A stretch of 64,000 bases of DNA from Malacoraja senta (Eukaryota): positions 13,640,001 through 13,704,000 of the forward strand of contig CM075986.1 in assembly GCA_038087875.1 (NCBI GenBank), given 5' to 3'. The position numbers and the translations under genes were made by a program. The notes beneath the pieces were generated by a model, which made no database searches, had not been told where the DNA came from, and saw only the letters and a program-made list of their open reading frames with translations. Below, in pieces: positions 51,676 to 63,579 of this stretch. Within the stretch, counting starts at the first letter, position 1, and every line of letters begins with the position of its first letter.

Positions 51676-54600
51676 GCTAATTGCACAAGGTAGTGTTTTG
51701 ATGCTCGTTAGTTTGTCGGCTCTGTAATGATAAAATTGTTGAGAGGAGGGCACTTTGAAAAGGAAGGATGGGAGAATGAGCTCCTGCCGGGATGGTCGCC
51801 ATGGTAACACTTGGAGAGTTATAACCAGGCTTGGCCTTTTCACAGCCCCTAAAGAAAGGAGGGAATGTAAGAATGATAATGGTCGACATGTGTTAACCTT
51901 CTCTTCAACACAAAACAGCATGATGAATATGGGCACAGCAAGAGGGACGGCAAATAAATTCAGGATTATATGTGTCTCTCTGGGGCATTTTAAAAAGACA
52001 GTAGCCCTTTGACAGTCTGACATAGTCTATATTTAATAATTCTCAAGTATCGCACTGACAGAAAATCTTTTCACACTTGTCTAACTTTTTAATTATGAAA
52101 TGTCCACGGTGACAGCGCAATAAACGAATCAGTCACTTCGAATTTTACATGTCTTGTGGGAAAAATCGGATCGAATTTGTTTGGGATTAAAGAACCGAAA
52201 TTATTTGTAACTAGTGATTCGGGATGGGTGTGGGAGGGAAAGTAAACGAGCGGCTGTGTCTGGTGAATCCGTGTTAATACAAGACCAATTCTCTCAAAGC
52301 TTATCTCTCCTGTGCGCCTAAAAAAAAGGGGGGGGGGGGTCACTTTCTTTAAAAAAACTTTTTTTTGCAGACAAATCTTTTTGGAGTTAATATGAACGAG
52401 CCGATAGTAGCGAATACGCATGTACATAATTTGGGAACTAGCGTGGGAGGAAAACAGCGGGGGGGAATTCGTGACAACTCTAACAGTGTACTGCGAAGAA
52501 GCGATAAGGTTGCTATTCCATCAGGGTATAGTTCACCCATTAGTATAGCTCACCCATCAGTATAAATCCGTATCGTAGATATTAGGCAATAATTATACAA
52601 AACGTTTGACTGCCGTGGACTAATGCGAGGGTTTATTATTTGTCCAGTGACACTGAGAGACACGCACCTGCTGTTTTGCAGACCGCAATTAACTTTGAAT
52701 ACATTTGTAAATACATTTAGTTAGTTTTGTTTTACATATGACAACAAGCTGGTTGTTTGGGCTTTTATTCTACGCTTGATTTTTTTTGGCTTCTCGCGTG
52801 TTTTTCAGGCGGCGGAAAACGGATTTCCTACTTATAGGAAAATGAAGCGAATAGGGCGAGCGAGGAGGTCAGGGAGACAGAGTTCCTGGGATTTATAGGC
52901 TATGAAGGGATCTTGGGGCTTCAGAGAGTCCGAAGATGCTCTACTCGTCGTTATTGGCCCTCACTGGAACCGTCTGAGTGCCTGCTGACAGTTTTCAGGA
53001 ATAATCTGCCGACCTTGCGGACTGAACAATGTCCAAGCGACTCCTCACAATTCTTATCCGTGGCTCCTTACTATACCAAAGGTTTGAAAAACGGTCTGGG
53101 TGCTCGCTTCAAACATGGATGCAACGCGATATAACTCCCTCAAAAACACAAGAAAGATCGCTTTTTTATTACTTTTCAATATCTTATTTAATTTATTTCG
53201 TGTATACAGGGGGAATGTTCCTTGGACGTCTGCAGCTAACCCAAAGGGGGTGGAGGAATGAACCGTGGGAATGTTGGGGAAGGTGGGGGCGGGGGGGGGG
53301 GGGGTAAATGGATGATCTAATATTGGAGCCTGAGGGAGTAAAATGTTGCTAGGAACACACACAAACAGACAAAATTCAAAGGATCTATAAAACGAAACAC
53401 GCCCCGACCCGCAACAACAAATAAGACAAAACACAAAAAAATACACAGGCAACTTCTACAATTTATTTATTGTCTGTGTAAAATCCTTTGATGTGGGCCG
53501 ATCGCATGCAAAACTGCAATTTTCGCAACACACCGAAACTTTAGGTGCTCATTAGAACCATTTAGGACATAAACTACTTGGTGCGACCTTACATTTTACT
53601 CAATCACTCAGGAATGGCAGTGTGATAAATGAGGGATCCCACGGATTTAGGGCTAGAGCTACTACTTCATAATCTCACACCATCTCCTCTTCCTCGAGGC
53701 TTCTCTGAAAAATCTCTTATTTTAAGTTTTAAACATACACGAATCTTCGATGTCCGTTCTAATCCATCGTAATACTGACATGATCCATTTACTAGTGGCA
53801 TTTCTCCAGCCTCAGACAAACCGAGGTTTCCTTATCCATCTACCCGCTTATCGTTCAATAATATAGTTGAAATTCCGTCTATTCCGCTCGGCTTTGTATC
53901 GTTGTCCCATCAAACCGAAAAGGGGATAGTTTAATAGTGGACATTAGTAAAATGGAACTTAAAAATCAAATCGTTTCCTCCGGTTTCAATATACTTAGCA
54001 TCTATGTACTCTCCTTGGTTTCACGCCAATTCATAATTACACTAATATAAGGAACTTTTTTGCCACAAAATACAAGTGCTGATTTTGATAAATGTGCCGC
54101 AATACGAAATATTTCTTGACATCCAAACTTGGTTCAAGTATCGCAGCTTTTCCTCTGATCCAAATATAAATGGTGCCTACATACAACACGTATGATACAA
54201 GGATGCAGGCAGGTAGGATACAGGCCGTATATACTAGATAACGAGGCCAAACCCGGCAAAAATAGTTTCAATGGAACTGCGGGAATTTCGGGCATGTGGA
54301 CGCGTGTTTGGACTGTGATAGGAGATTAAGTAGCATCCCATTCCATACGTTGAGACGGGGTGTCAGCGTTTTCGTCGAAGCACAGTTGTGTGTTACAGTT
54401 AAACTAACGAGAGACGGACTCAAGGACTCATTGGTTTGCAGAAGAAGCGAAGCGGACGGGGTGCGTGGATTGCAGTGTCCGGACTCACGGGACTCGGCGC
54501 AGAACGAATCGCAGCTCGTCCGCTCTCGCCAATGCAATCCATTGACGGCAGCGCCATCTCGTGGCACCGACGATGGGTCTTCGACACTTAATATTAACTC

Positions 54601-55870
54601 TGCATCTCTCTCTCTCTCTCTCCATAGATGCTGCCTGGTCTGCTGTGTTTTTATAAGCATTTTCTGTTTTAACTCTCCAACAAGCATAACTTTGCTTTTA
54701 ATTATGTTTTAAAATGCGATAACTCACCATCAGACTTATTTAGGGGGTGGAAGATTGCAACCTTCACGTGTTTCGACTAATGCAATCAACTCGACGTGCA
54801 CAAACGGAAGATCAAATAGAACAAGTTGTCCAACAACTTTAGGCTGTGCACGCCACACAAAAGAAGAAGAAGACTTATTTAGGAGACAAGGAACTGCAGA
54901 TGCTGGAATCTTAACATACATAATCCTGGAGTAACTGAACAGGTCAGACAGTATCAATGGAAGACGATTGTTAGGCGATGATTCGTGCCGGGACCGACCT
55001 TAATATCCCTTTTCCCTGAGCACTATTATTGTTTTCGGATCTTACAATCCAGTCATTGATTAAAAACAACTTAAAAAGATGAAAAGGTTTGTCACCGATT
55101 GGAGCAGACCAGAAATTCACATGAAATTTATTAAAACATGCCTTTAAACTAAAGACAAAGAAAGCATCTTGCATAAGAAAAATAAAATAAGGACACCAAG
55201 CCTAAGAAAGGTGCCAGGGAAAGCCTTCAAGAACTGTTTGGAATGGGAAAGAGTCCAGAGTGCACGGCCCAGGAAGTTGAAAGTGTTGCTAGTGTAGTGC
55301 GCCTAGGGACAGTACATAGCATATGGGAACCAGTGGGATAGATAGCTTCTTCCTCACGAACAAGAGGATATAGCTACAATATAGGGTGGCAGCCATTTTA
55401 AATCGAGGTGCTGAGAAATGTCTTTTCTCAGACTGTTGTGAATCTCTGGAACTCTCCGTCCCATGGGGAGGGAGGGGTGGTGGTGCGGGGGTGGGGGGTT
55501 GGAGGCTGGATTGTTAGATATATTTAAGGTGGAGATGGATAAAGGTCAGGAAATGGAAGGTTGTGGCAGACGCGAGGAGTGCGGCCAGCATAGACCAGCC
55601 ATGATCATGCTGAATGGCGGGGTAGCTCGAGGGTCTGGGTAACCACTTCCTGCTCCATTTCTCATGTCTCTGAGCTTTTATGTTGAGGGTTGCAGGACAC
55701 AATAGGTTACAGAGGTAGCAAAGGAATTTAAATGTGATAATTTTAACTGTAAATTCTAATGAGAATCCAATCAAGGCTGTGAAGAGTGTGTAACAGGTGA
55801 GCAGGATTATGTGTGATGCTCCTACAGAAAGCAAGCTTGAGTGATTTGATCTGCTCCATCCCTTGTCCAT

Positions 55871-56235
55871 AAGATTGTTAAGGGCTTGGACACGCTATGT
55901 TCCCGATGTTGGGGTAGTCCAGAACCAGGGGCCACAGTTTAAGAATAAGAAAAAAGCCATTTAGAACGGAGACGAGGAAACACTTTTTCTCACAGAGAGT
56001 GGTGAGTCTGTGGAATTCTCTGCCTCAGAGGGCGGTGGAGGCAGGTTCTCTGGATGCTTTCAAGAGAGAGCTAGATAGGGCTAAAAAATAGCAGAGTCAG
56101 GGGATATGGGCAGAAGGCAGGAACGGGGTTCTGATTGGGGATGATCAGCCATGATCACATTGAATGGCGGTGCTGGCTCGAAGGGCCAAATGGCCTACTC
56201 CTGCACCTATTGTCTATTGACTATTGTCTATTGTC
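55871..56235 (+). mobile_element. CR1 LINE 3' end, second subfamily; other copies near 15195-15580 (-), 43671-43915 (+), 45438-45815 (-), 55385-55670 (+), 60437-60728 (-), 61745-61875 (-), 63630-63850 (+)
   Basis: FSQRVVSLWNSLPQRAVEA remnant; 3' UTR gatcagccatgatcacattgaatggcggtgctggctcgaagggc; short tandem tail. Confidence 0.8.
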
Positions 56236-57198
56236 ATCCATGATCAGCTGAATCTTGCTTCAAGATGTCCCTTTTGCTTCCCCCAAGTGAGGGGTAATTC
56301 CAGTTCCTTTATTTCTTACTCTAATCGAATTGTTCAGCTGTAGTAAATATTGCTATATCTAATTTAGTAATATTCACATTATAGTGCACATTAATGTTAT
56401 AATGTTATTCGATACATCACAGTGCGGTACACACATCATAAAAGTGCTTGTTACATCAGTGTGAGAGAACCCATTTGAAGTACCCACACTGATTGAATAT
56501 CTTATTTTACATTCATGCTGCTTTAAAAAAAATCACAGCTACTATTTTAGAATAACAGTAATGTGCACCTCAACTGTTCCACAATCTAATTTTAAGGGTA
56601 CAGGCACTGTGGTGGATTGGATGCTGATGTCATAGGCCTATGGGATAATGCCCAGAATTGAACCTAACCTGGCAAACAAATGTTTGGAAGGGGTTGCGTG
56701 AGAAAATTAGGAAGTTATTCTGATGGAAAAGCAACAAAAGGCAAACATAACCATATGCAAGTAAGCTGGAGATATTGCTGAACGATTGGAAGAAGCATAT
56801 CGAGTTTTCACAAAAGTGTTGAAATACTATATGTACCAACAATGGAGTTATAACATTCTTACTTGCAGTAGCTGAGCAGACAGGGCATAAACCTGCCAGG
56901 TATTAACGCAAGTGAGTGAGAAATACTGTGCTGATTCTGGGAGCCCCAGAAATGGGAAGTATTCTCTTTTCTTGCATTGACATTCTTTATCTTAATAAAC
57001 ACTTCCATGCTGTGACATATTTTTATTGTTTGACTCCTTTATATTCATGAACTCTGATCATGAGTTTGCACCTTTTTAATCCAAGTTTTAAAAACAAAAC
57101 CATGTCACTTCTTGAGACTTCTATCTTGTAACATCACAGTATTGTTTTAATGTTCCTTTGTGGGTTGTTGTCAAATTTTACCTAATAACCCAGTAAAA

Positions 57199-57501
57199 TG
57201 GCACAGTGGTACAGCGGTAGAGCTGCTGCCGTATACTGCCAGAGACCTGGGTACGATCCTGACTACTGGTACTGTCTGAACGGAGTTTGTACGTGCTCCA
57301 TGTGACCATAGGGTTTTCTCTGGATGCTCCAGTTTAACTCCCACATCTTATCGAGTGCAGGCTTTTTAGGTTAATTGATTTCTGTAAAATTGTCCCTAGT
57401 GTGTAGCATGGAACTAGTGTACGGGTGATTGCTGGTCGGCGCGGACTAATTGGGCCAAAGGGACTGTTACCACACTGATTCAGTAAACTAAACTAAACTA
57501 A
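57199..57501 (+). mobile_element. tRNA-derived V-SINE (HE1-like)
   Basis: A-box-like TGGTACAGCGG (57207-57217), B-box-like GGTACGATCC (57250-57259), V-domain ggagtttgtacgtgctccatgtgacc...ctcccaca, CR1-like 3' end, (TAAAC)n tail. Confidence 0.8.
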
Positions 57502-57614
57502 GCAGCATCTTGGATGCATTTCAATATTAAGAGATTTAAAATTTTGTTTAAAGATTTTCTTGACATCCTGAGGTTGAATTGGTATAGATAGTTATTTTAC
57601 ACAACGGATCTTTC

Positions 57615-58103
57615 AAGAATCCAGAGGACTGGAAAATCACAAATGTAACACCACTGTTTAAGAAGGGAGCAAGGCAAAGGAAAGGAAATTATAGGCCTGT
57701 TTGCCTGAATTCAGTGGTTGGTAAACTTTTAGTCATTTATTATGGATGACGTTTTTGGGTTCTTGGAAACAAATGACAAAATAGGCAGAAGTCAGCATGG
57801 TTTTGTTAAGTAGAGATCCTGCCTGATAAATCTGTTAAACATTTTTGAGGAAGTAACAAGGAGGATGGACAAAAGGGATCTGGAAGATAGACACAAAGTG
57901 CTGGAGTAACTCAGCAGGTCAAACAGCATCTCAGTCTGAAGGAATGTCCTGACCCAAAATCTCACATCCTTTATCTACAGCGACACTGCCTGACCCACTG
58001 AATTACTCCAGCACTTTGTGTCTATCTTTGGTATAACCTAGCACCTGCAGTTCTTTGTTTCTACAAAGGGGATCTGAATGTTGTTTACTTGGATTTGCAG
58101 AAT
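57615..58103 (+). mobile_element. Degenerate CR1 LINE reverse-transcriptase fragment
   Basis: Translates as PEDWKITNVTPLFKKG..KGNYRPVCLNSVVGKL..SQHGFVK..RSCLINLLNIFEEVT..[PLE insert]..VVYLDLQ, with stops and frameshifts. Confidence 0.85.
57883..58062. mobile_element. Inverted PLE repeat pair inserted in a CR1 RT fragment
   Basis: TSD ACAAA(A/G)GGGATCTG at 57869-57882 and 58063-58076; the host RT sequence resumes afterwards. Confidence 0.85.
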
Positions 58104-58975
58104 CCAAGAGTCAAGAGTGTGTTATTGTCATATGTCCCAGGTAGAACAATTACATTCTTACTTGCAGCAGCACAACAGAATATGTAAACATAGAACACTG
58201 TAAACAATATAGTAAATGAGAAAATTCAGTGTGTATATATACACATACTCACAAATACATGTATATATTATATATATACTGTATATACACACACACGCAT
58301 GCACATAAGTACACACAAAAAACAAACAATAATAGTGCAATAATATATAATAATTGTCTATGTAGTTCAGAGCTTACTTGAGGTTTCAGTGTTTAATAGC
58401 CGAATGGCTGTAGGGAAGAAGCTGTTCCTGAATCTGGACATTACAATTTACAGGCTCCTGTACCTTCTTCCTGGTGGCAGGAGTGAAATGAGTGTGTGGC
58501 CAGCGAGGTGTGTGTCTCGAATGACGCTCGCTGCCTTTTTGAGGCAGTGACTCTGATAAATCCCTTCGATGGTGGGGAGGTCAGAGCAGTGCTCACTGGG
58601 CAGTGTTCACCACTTTTTGCAGTCTACTTCACTCCTGGGCATTCAAGTTGCCGAACCAGGCCGTGACGTGACCAGTCAATATGCTCTCTACTTTATACCT
58701 GTTGAAGTTCAAGAGAATCCTCTCTGACATACCGAATCTCAGTAATCTTCTCAGGAAGTAGCTTTCTTGCTGAGTCCAGGAAAAATCTTCGGAAATATGC
58801 ATGTCCAGGAATTTGAAGTTTTTGACTCTCTCTGCCAATTGTGGGTCCTCATCCTTCCTCTTCCAAAGTCTACAATTAGTTCATTGGTCTTACTGACATT
58901 GAGAGCCAGGTTGTTGTGCTGGCACCATTTGGTCAATCGATCGATCTCACATCTATTCTCTGACTCATCACCATC
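58104..58975 (-). mobile_element. Rex1/Babar-like LINE 3' portion (RT C-terminus plus 3' UTR)
   Basis: Minus-strand peptides WCQHNNLALNVSKTNELIVDFGR, ERVKNFKFL and RRLLRFGMSERILLNFNRYKVESILTGHVTAWFGN; (CTCTTGA)n tail. Confidence 0.75.
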
Positions 58976-58985
58976 TGTATTTTAA

Positions 58986-59069
58986 AGTGGAGATTGGTAG
59001 GTTCTTGATTAGTAAGAGTGACAAAGGAGTGGAGATTGGTAGGTTCTTGATTAGTAAGAGTGACAAAGG
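58986..59069 (+). repeat. Perfect 42-bp tandem duplication within a CR1 tail
   Basis: agtggagattggtaggttcttgattagtaagagtgacaaagg twice. Confidence 0.9.
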
Positions 59070-61348
59070 TTACAGGGAGAAGACAGGAGAATGGTGTTGA
59101 AAGGGAAAAAAGCAGGGGGGAGGTTCCACACTGGAATGAAACATCTGCTTTCCATTGCCCTTTCAGCAGAGCCATCTTTTACTCAGTGCATTGAAAACGA
59201 AAGTAATTAGTGTGAGAGCATAGCTGAGGCATTGATGACGTTCTTAACACCCAGACACTGCATGAAACTGATCCCATTATTGTTGGCCGAGTGAAATGGG
59301 GATCTATGACCAATGATCAATTGCACCCCATTGCTTACCCTGAAATGGTGCAATGGCTTGAAATGAATGCCATTTGGTGTCAGATGAGGGACTTCCCACT
59401 GCTGTATAACTGTGGCTTCATCGGTTTGAACTCTTTACCTTCTCACTGCATTCTCCCTACTCCCTAATCTCATTAAAAGGTTATGTGCACTGCTCTCAAC
59501 TACTGTGGTTATAATGTATTATTTCCAATATTCTATTTTATTATTTCCTTGCACAACTTTGGATTGCACGACAACCTTGCACCATTTGGCCGGTTTGCAC
59601 TTGCCCATGTATTCATTGATGAATTTATCATTACTACAAGCATGCTGCTGTCTCTGGGAGCTTCACGGTCCAGTACTTCCTCGTCTGCTTGGTCAGTACA
59701 CAGAAAGGTGCTCCTAGATTGATGAAACTCACGAGAGTCTCTGAAATTTAAACAATGTGTAAAATAAAAATACTTCAGAATCTGGAAATCTGAAATAAAA
59801 CTAGAAAATGCTTGAAACTCTCAGCAAATCAGGTAACTTCTGTGGAAAGAAACGGAGTTGATGTTTCAGTTGAAGGCTCTTCTCAGGGTCTTCAACCTGA
59901 AATATCAGCTCAAAGTAGATGAATCCATTTCTTTGCCTATACAGGACAGCTACGAGCAGCAAATTGGAAGATACAGCAGAGATCTGCAGTGAACTTGAGG
60001 GAGAACGACTGAAGATCGACCTGCTGATTATCATATTTTTAAAAAAACCTTGGGAAATCTGAGCATCTTAATATATTATTCTACAGAGAGGTACAGCATG
60101 ACATGATAGATTTGGAAACTGCTTGGGAATATGCTCACTGGGATGGACACAACTTTGCCTCCTGCCCTGAGGTCCCTGAGCTAAATCCAATGCCCAAATA
60201 TGATCATCACTGCACCTGTAGTGATTCGCATTCAAATGAGATTATTGAAATTCAATACATTGAGTGTTACAAACCTTCACTCTCCTAGGATTGTTGTAGG
60301 AAGATACTGTAGATGCTGGTTTATACCGAAGATAGACACAAAATACTGGAGTAACTCAGCGGGACAGGCAGAGTCGCTGGATTGAAGGAATGGGTGACGT
60401 TTTGGGTCGAGACCCTTCTTCAGTCTGAGTTACTGTATAGAAACATAGAAACATAGAAAATAGGTGCAGGAGGAGGCCATTCGGCCCTTCGAGCCATTCA
60501 TTGTGATCATGGCTGATCGCCCCCTATCAATATCCCGTGCCTGCCTTCTCCCCATATCCCTTGACTCCACTAGCCCCTAGAACTCTATCTAACTCTCTCT
60601 TAAATCCATCCAGTGACTTGGCCTCCACTGCCCTCTGTGGCAGGGAATTCCACAAATTCACAACTCTCTGGGTGGAAATGTTTTTTCTCACCTCAGTCTT
60701 AAATGACCTCCCCTTATTTCTAAGTTTGTAGTCTGTATTCATGCCTACTATGTTCTGTTGTGCTGAAACAAAGCAAGAATTTCATTACCCTATCAGGGAC
60801 ACATGACAATAAACTCTCTTGACTTGATTTGACTCTTGACTTGACTTGACTCTTGACTTGAATACTCCAGCATTTCGTGTCTGCCCTCTTAAGATTGCTG
60901 GACTAGTGAATAGGATTATTGTGGAAAAACACAGAAAGTCATTAGATTTTTACACTGCCCTCAGCTCACTGCTATGTCATTAGCAAGAACCATCACTCTA
61001 AGTACACTGAAACTACTAATAAGGCCATCTAAGATAAATGAAGATGACCTTAATTTCCTCTCCCTTTCCCTCCAGCATCCACTACAACCTTGCATCTGCT
61101 CAAAACTGCCGTGCTTTCCCTAATAACCATAATTAAACATTGTGAATGAATGCCCAGTGTTTAATCGGTTGCCTGCTGTCAGTTCAGAGGTTTTACATCT
61201 TTACCTGCATTTGATCTAAATTCAGAAAACCAGCCTGAATTCCTGAACAAGCCAGCTGTTCAGCTTGTGCTGTTAAAGGCAGATGAATGAGCCAATGGTG
61301 CCCTCTATTGGAAATCCATGTAATCAACCCAAGTAGTTTTATTCCATC

Positions 61349-61560
61349 GATAGACACAAAATGCGAGAGTAACTCAGCGGGACAGGCAGCATCTCCGGAG
61401 AGAAGGAACGGGTGACGTTTCTGGTTGAGACCCTTCTTCATTCTCCATTCCTCGTCACCCATTCCTGCACTCCAGAGTTGCTGCCTGTCCCGCTGAGTTA
61501 CTCCCACATTTTGTGTCTATCTTCGGCGTAAACCAACATCTGCAGTTCCTTCCTACACAT
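61349..61560. mobile_element. Inverted PLE repeat pair
   Basis: Inverted arms with the tail on the right; TSD TAG(T/C)TTTATTCCATC at 61334-61348 and 61562-61576. Confidence 0.85.
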
Positions 61561-62212
61561 TTAGCTTTATTCCATCACAGGAGCAGCCCCGAAGTATATG
61601 TGAGGCAATGTCAAGGTCCTCTCCTCACCAGCAATCTCATGAATGCTACAGTACAGGTCAGAGGATGCATGAAGGGGCCAAAACACCTACCAATGTTAGT
61701 TGATGGTATTTTGCTTTGCTTTGATGCGAAATTTCAGATTGAGACCATAAGACATAGGAGCAGAATTAGGCCATTTGGCCCATTGAAACTATTTCATCAT
61801 TCAATCATGGTTGATCTATTTTTCCCTCTCAACTTCATTCCCCTGCCTTCTCCCGTTAACCTTTGACACCCTTACAAGTGAAGATTGGCAATTAGAGCTC
61901 TCAAGATCTGGAGAGGTGATCACTGTATGGCCAGTATCATGTGAAGAGGCATCAGAAATCCGGCCACCATTGCCTCAGGGACTATTGCTAGTCCAACCCT
62001 GTGCAAAATCTTCGAAGTTTCATTACGTAACCTCTGGCCTTCAAATATCTCATCTTGTTAAATTGACACTTTATACCACCTCCGAACTCCCCAAAGCCTA
62101 TTTACCATGTACAAGGCTTAGGTCAAGAGTATGATAGATCACACTCCAATTGCCAGATAAGTGAACTTCAACAACACTCAAGAAGTTCAACACTAGACAA
62201 GTATACAGCTCG

Positions 62213-62378
62213 AAGATAGACACAAAACGCTGGAGTAACTCAGCAGGACAGGCAGCATCTGGAGTGGTGAGTAATGGTCCATTCCTTCTCTCCACAGATT
62301 CTGCCTGTTTCGCTGAGTTACTCCAGCTTTTTGTATCTATCTTCAGTTGAAACCTGCATCTGCAGTTCTTTCTTACAC
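62213..62378. mobile_element. Inverted PLE repeat pair (centre deleted) inside an older LINE
   Basis: TSD GT(A/G)TACAGCTCG at 62201-62212 and 62379-62390. Confidence 0.8.
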
Positions 62379-62669
62379 GTGTACAGCTCGGTTGATAGGC
62401 ATACCCATCCACAACCATTCACTCATTCCACCACCGCTGGATTGGCAGCAGTTTGTACCATCTGCAGGATGTAATGCAGGAACTAATACCAAGATTCCTG
62501 AGACAGTGCCTTCCGAATGCTTGACCTCTACAAGCTAGAAGGCCAAAGACAGCATGTGAACACCACTGCCTGGAAGTTTCCTTCCAAGCCACAAACCGCC
62601 CTGACTTTGCTTCATTGCTGCTGGGGGCTTAAAATCCTGACACTCTCTCCCTAACAGCATAGTGGGTAT

Positions 62670-62855
62670 AATAGAAACAAAGAAATGCACATGGTGGTTT
62701 ATACCAAATATTGATGCAACGTGCTGGAGTAACTCAACGGGTCAGGCAGCATCCTCAGTCTGAAGAAGCGTCCCGACCCAAAACGTCATCCATTCTTTTT
62801 CTCCAGAGATGCTGCCTGACCCATTGAGTTACTCCAGCAAGTTGTGTCTATCTTT
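62670..62855. mobile_element. Inverted PLE repeat pair
   Basis: gctggagtaactc...cagtctgaagaagcgtcccgacccaaaacgtc...gagttactccagc; tail on the left arm. Confidence 0.8.
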
Positions 62856-63551
62856 CACCACAGCTCAAGAACTGTAACAGTTCATGAAGGCTGCCCTTCA
62901 CAACTTTTGAAAGAACAATTAGGGATAGGCATTTAGGCATTTGCCCGTCGGAAACCAGCACCACTGCGTCGCTAATGTTTTCAATGATGATGATTTAATG
63001 CTGGCTCCCCTTGCAAAGGCCCAATCCCTGCAATTAGTGATAAAAAACATTATGACCACAAATTTGTAGTATGCAAAAGGACAGGTCACACTACATTTAA
63101 TGCCCATTTGATTTTACTTGCAGCAGTGTCTGGAGATATTTTTCATTTCTGGAAACTTTTAGAGTATTTTCCATTTGGGTTTATGGAAAGCCCAAATCAT
63201 GAAGCAAAGGCAGGAATAGGCTTTCCCATGATTTCCAGCAGCAAAGAGAAATGTCCTAGCCTATACTGTCACCTGGTGGCAAGAATACACCGTGATGTTT
63301 GTTGTGTATCTATACAAAACCAAATACTTCTCACGTTTAATTAATTAAACAATCAACATGTGGAGAATTTGAAAAGGCTGCATTAAAGCATTTTTTTAAA
63401 GGGCAACTTATCTAAACAAGTTGTAGATGGATATTGAATAGGATATATTTGTTCCCACTGCAAAGCCATCCTTGAATTCCACTGAAAGTAGACACAAAAT
63501 GCTGGAGTAACTCAGCGGGATAGGCAGCATCTCTGGAGCGAAGGAATGGGT

Positions 63552-63579
63552 GATGTTTCGGGTCGAGACCCTTCTTCAG
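63552..63579 (-). ncRNA. Minimal hammerhead core (AUC triplet) in solo PLE repeat 63485-63582
   Basis: Minus strand CUGAAGAAGGGUCUCGACCCGAAACAUC; TSD CTTGAATTC(C/T)ACTG at 63471-63484 and 63591-63604. Confidence 0.55.

Noticed and set aside
53485-53493. TCF/LEF site CCTTTGATG (also CTTTGAT at 3211) as Wnt autoregulation
   Set aside because: Such short motifs are expected by chance in 64 kb; no clustering or conservation evidence.
57199-57270. tRNA gene
   Set aside because: A/B boxes run into a V-SINE body and LINE-like tail; no full cloverleaf.
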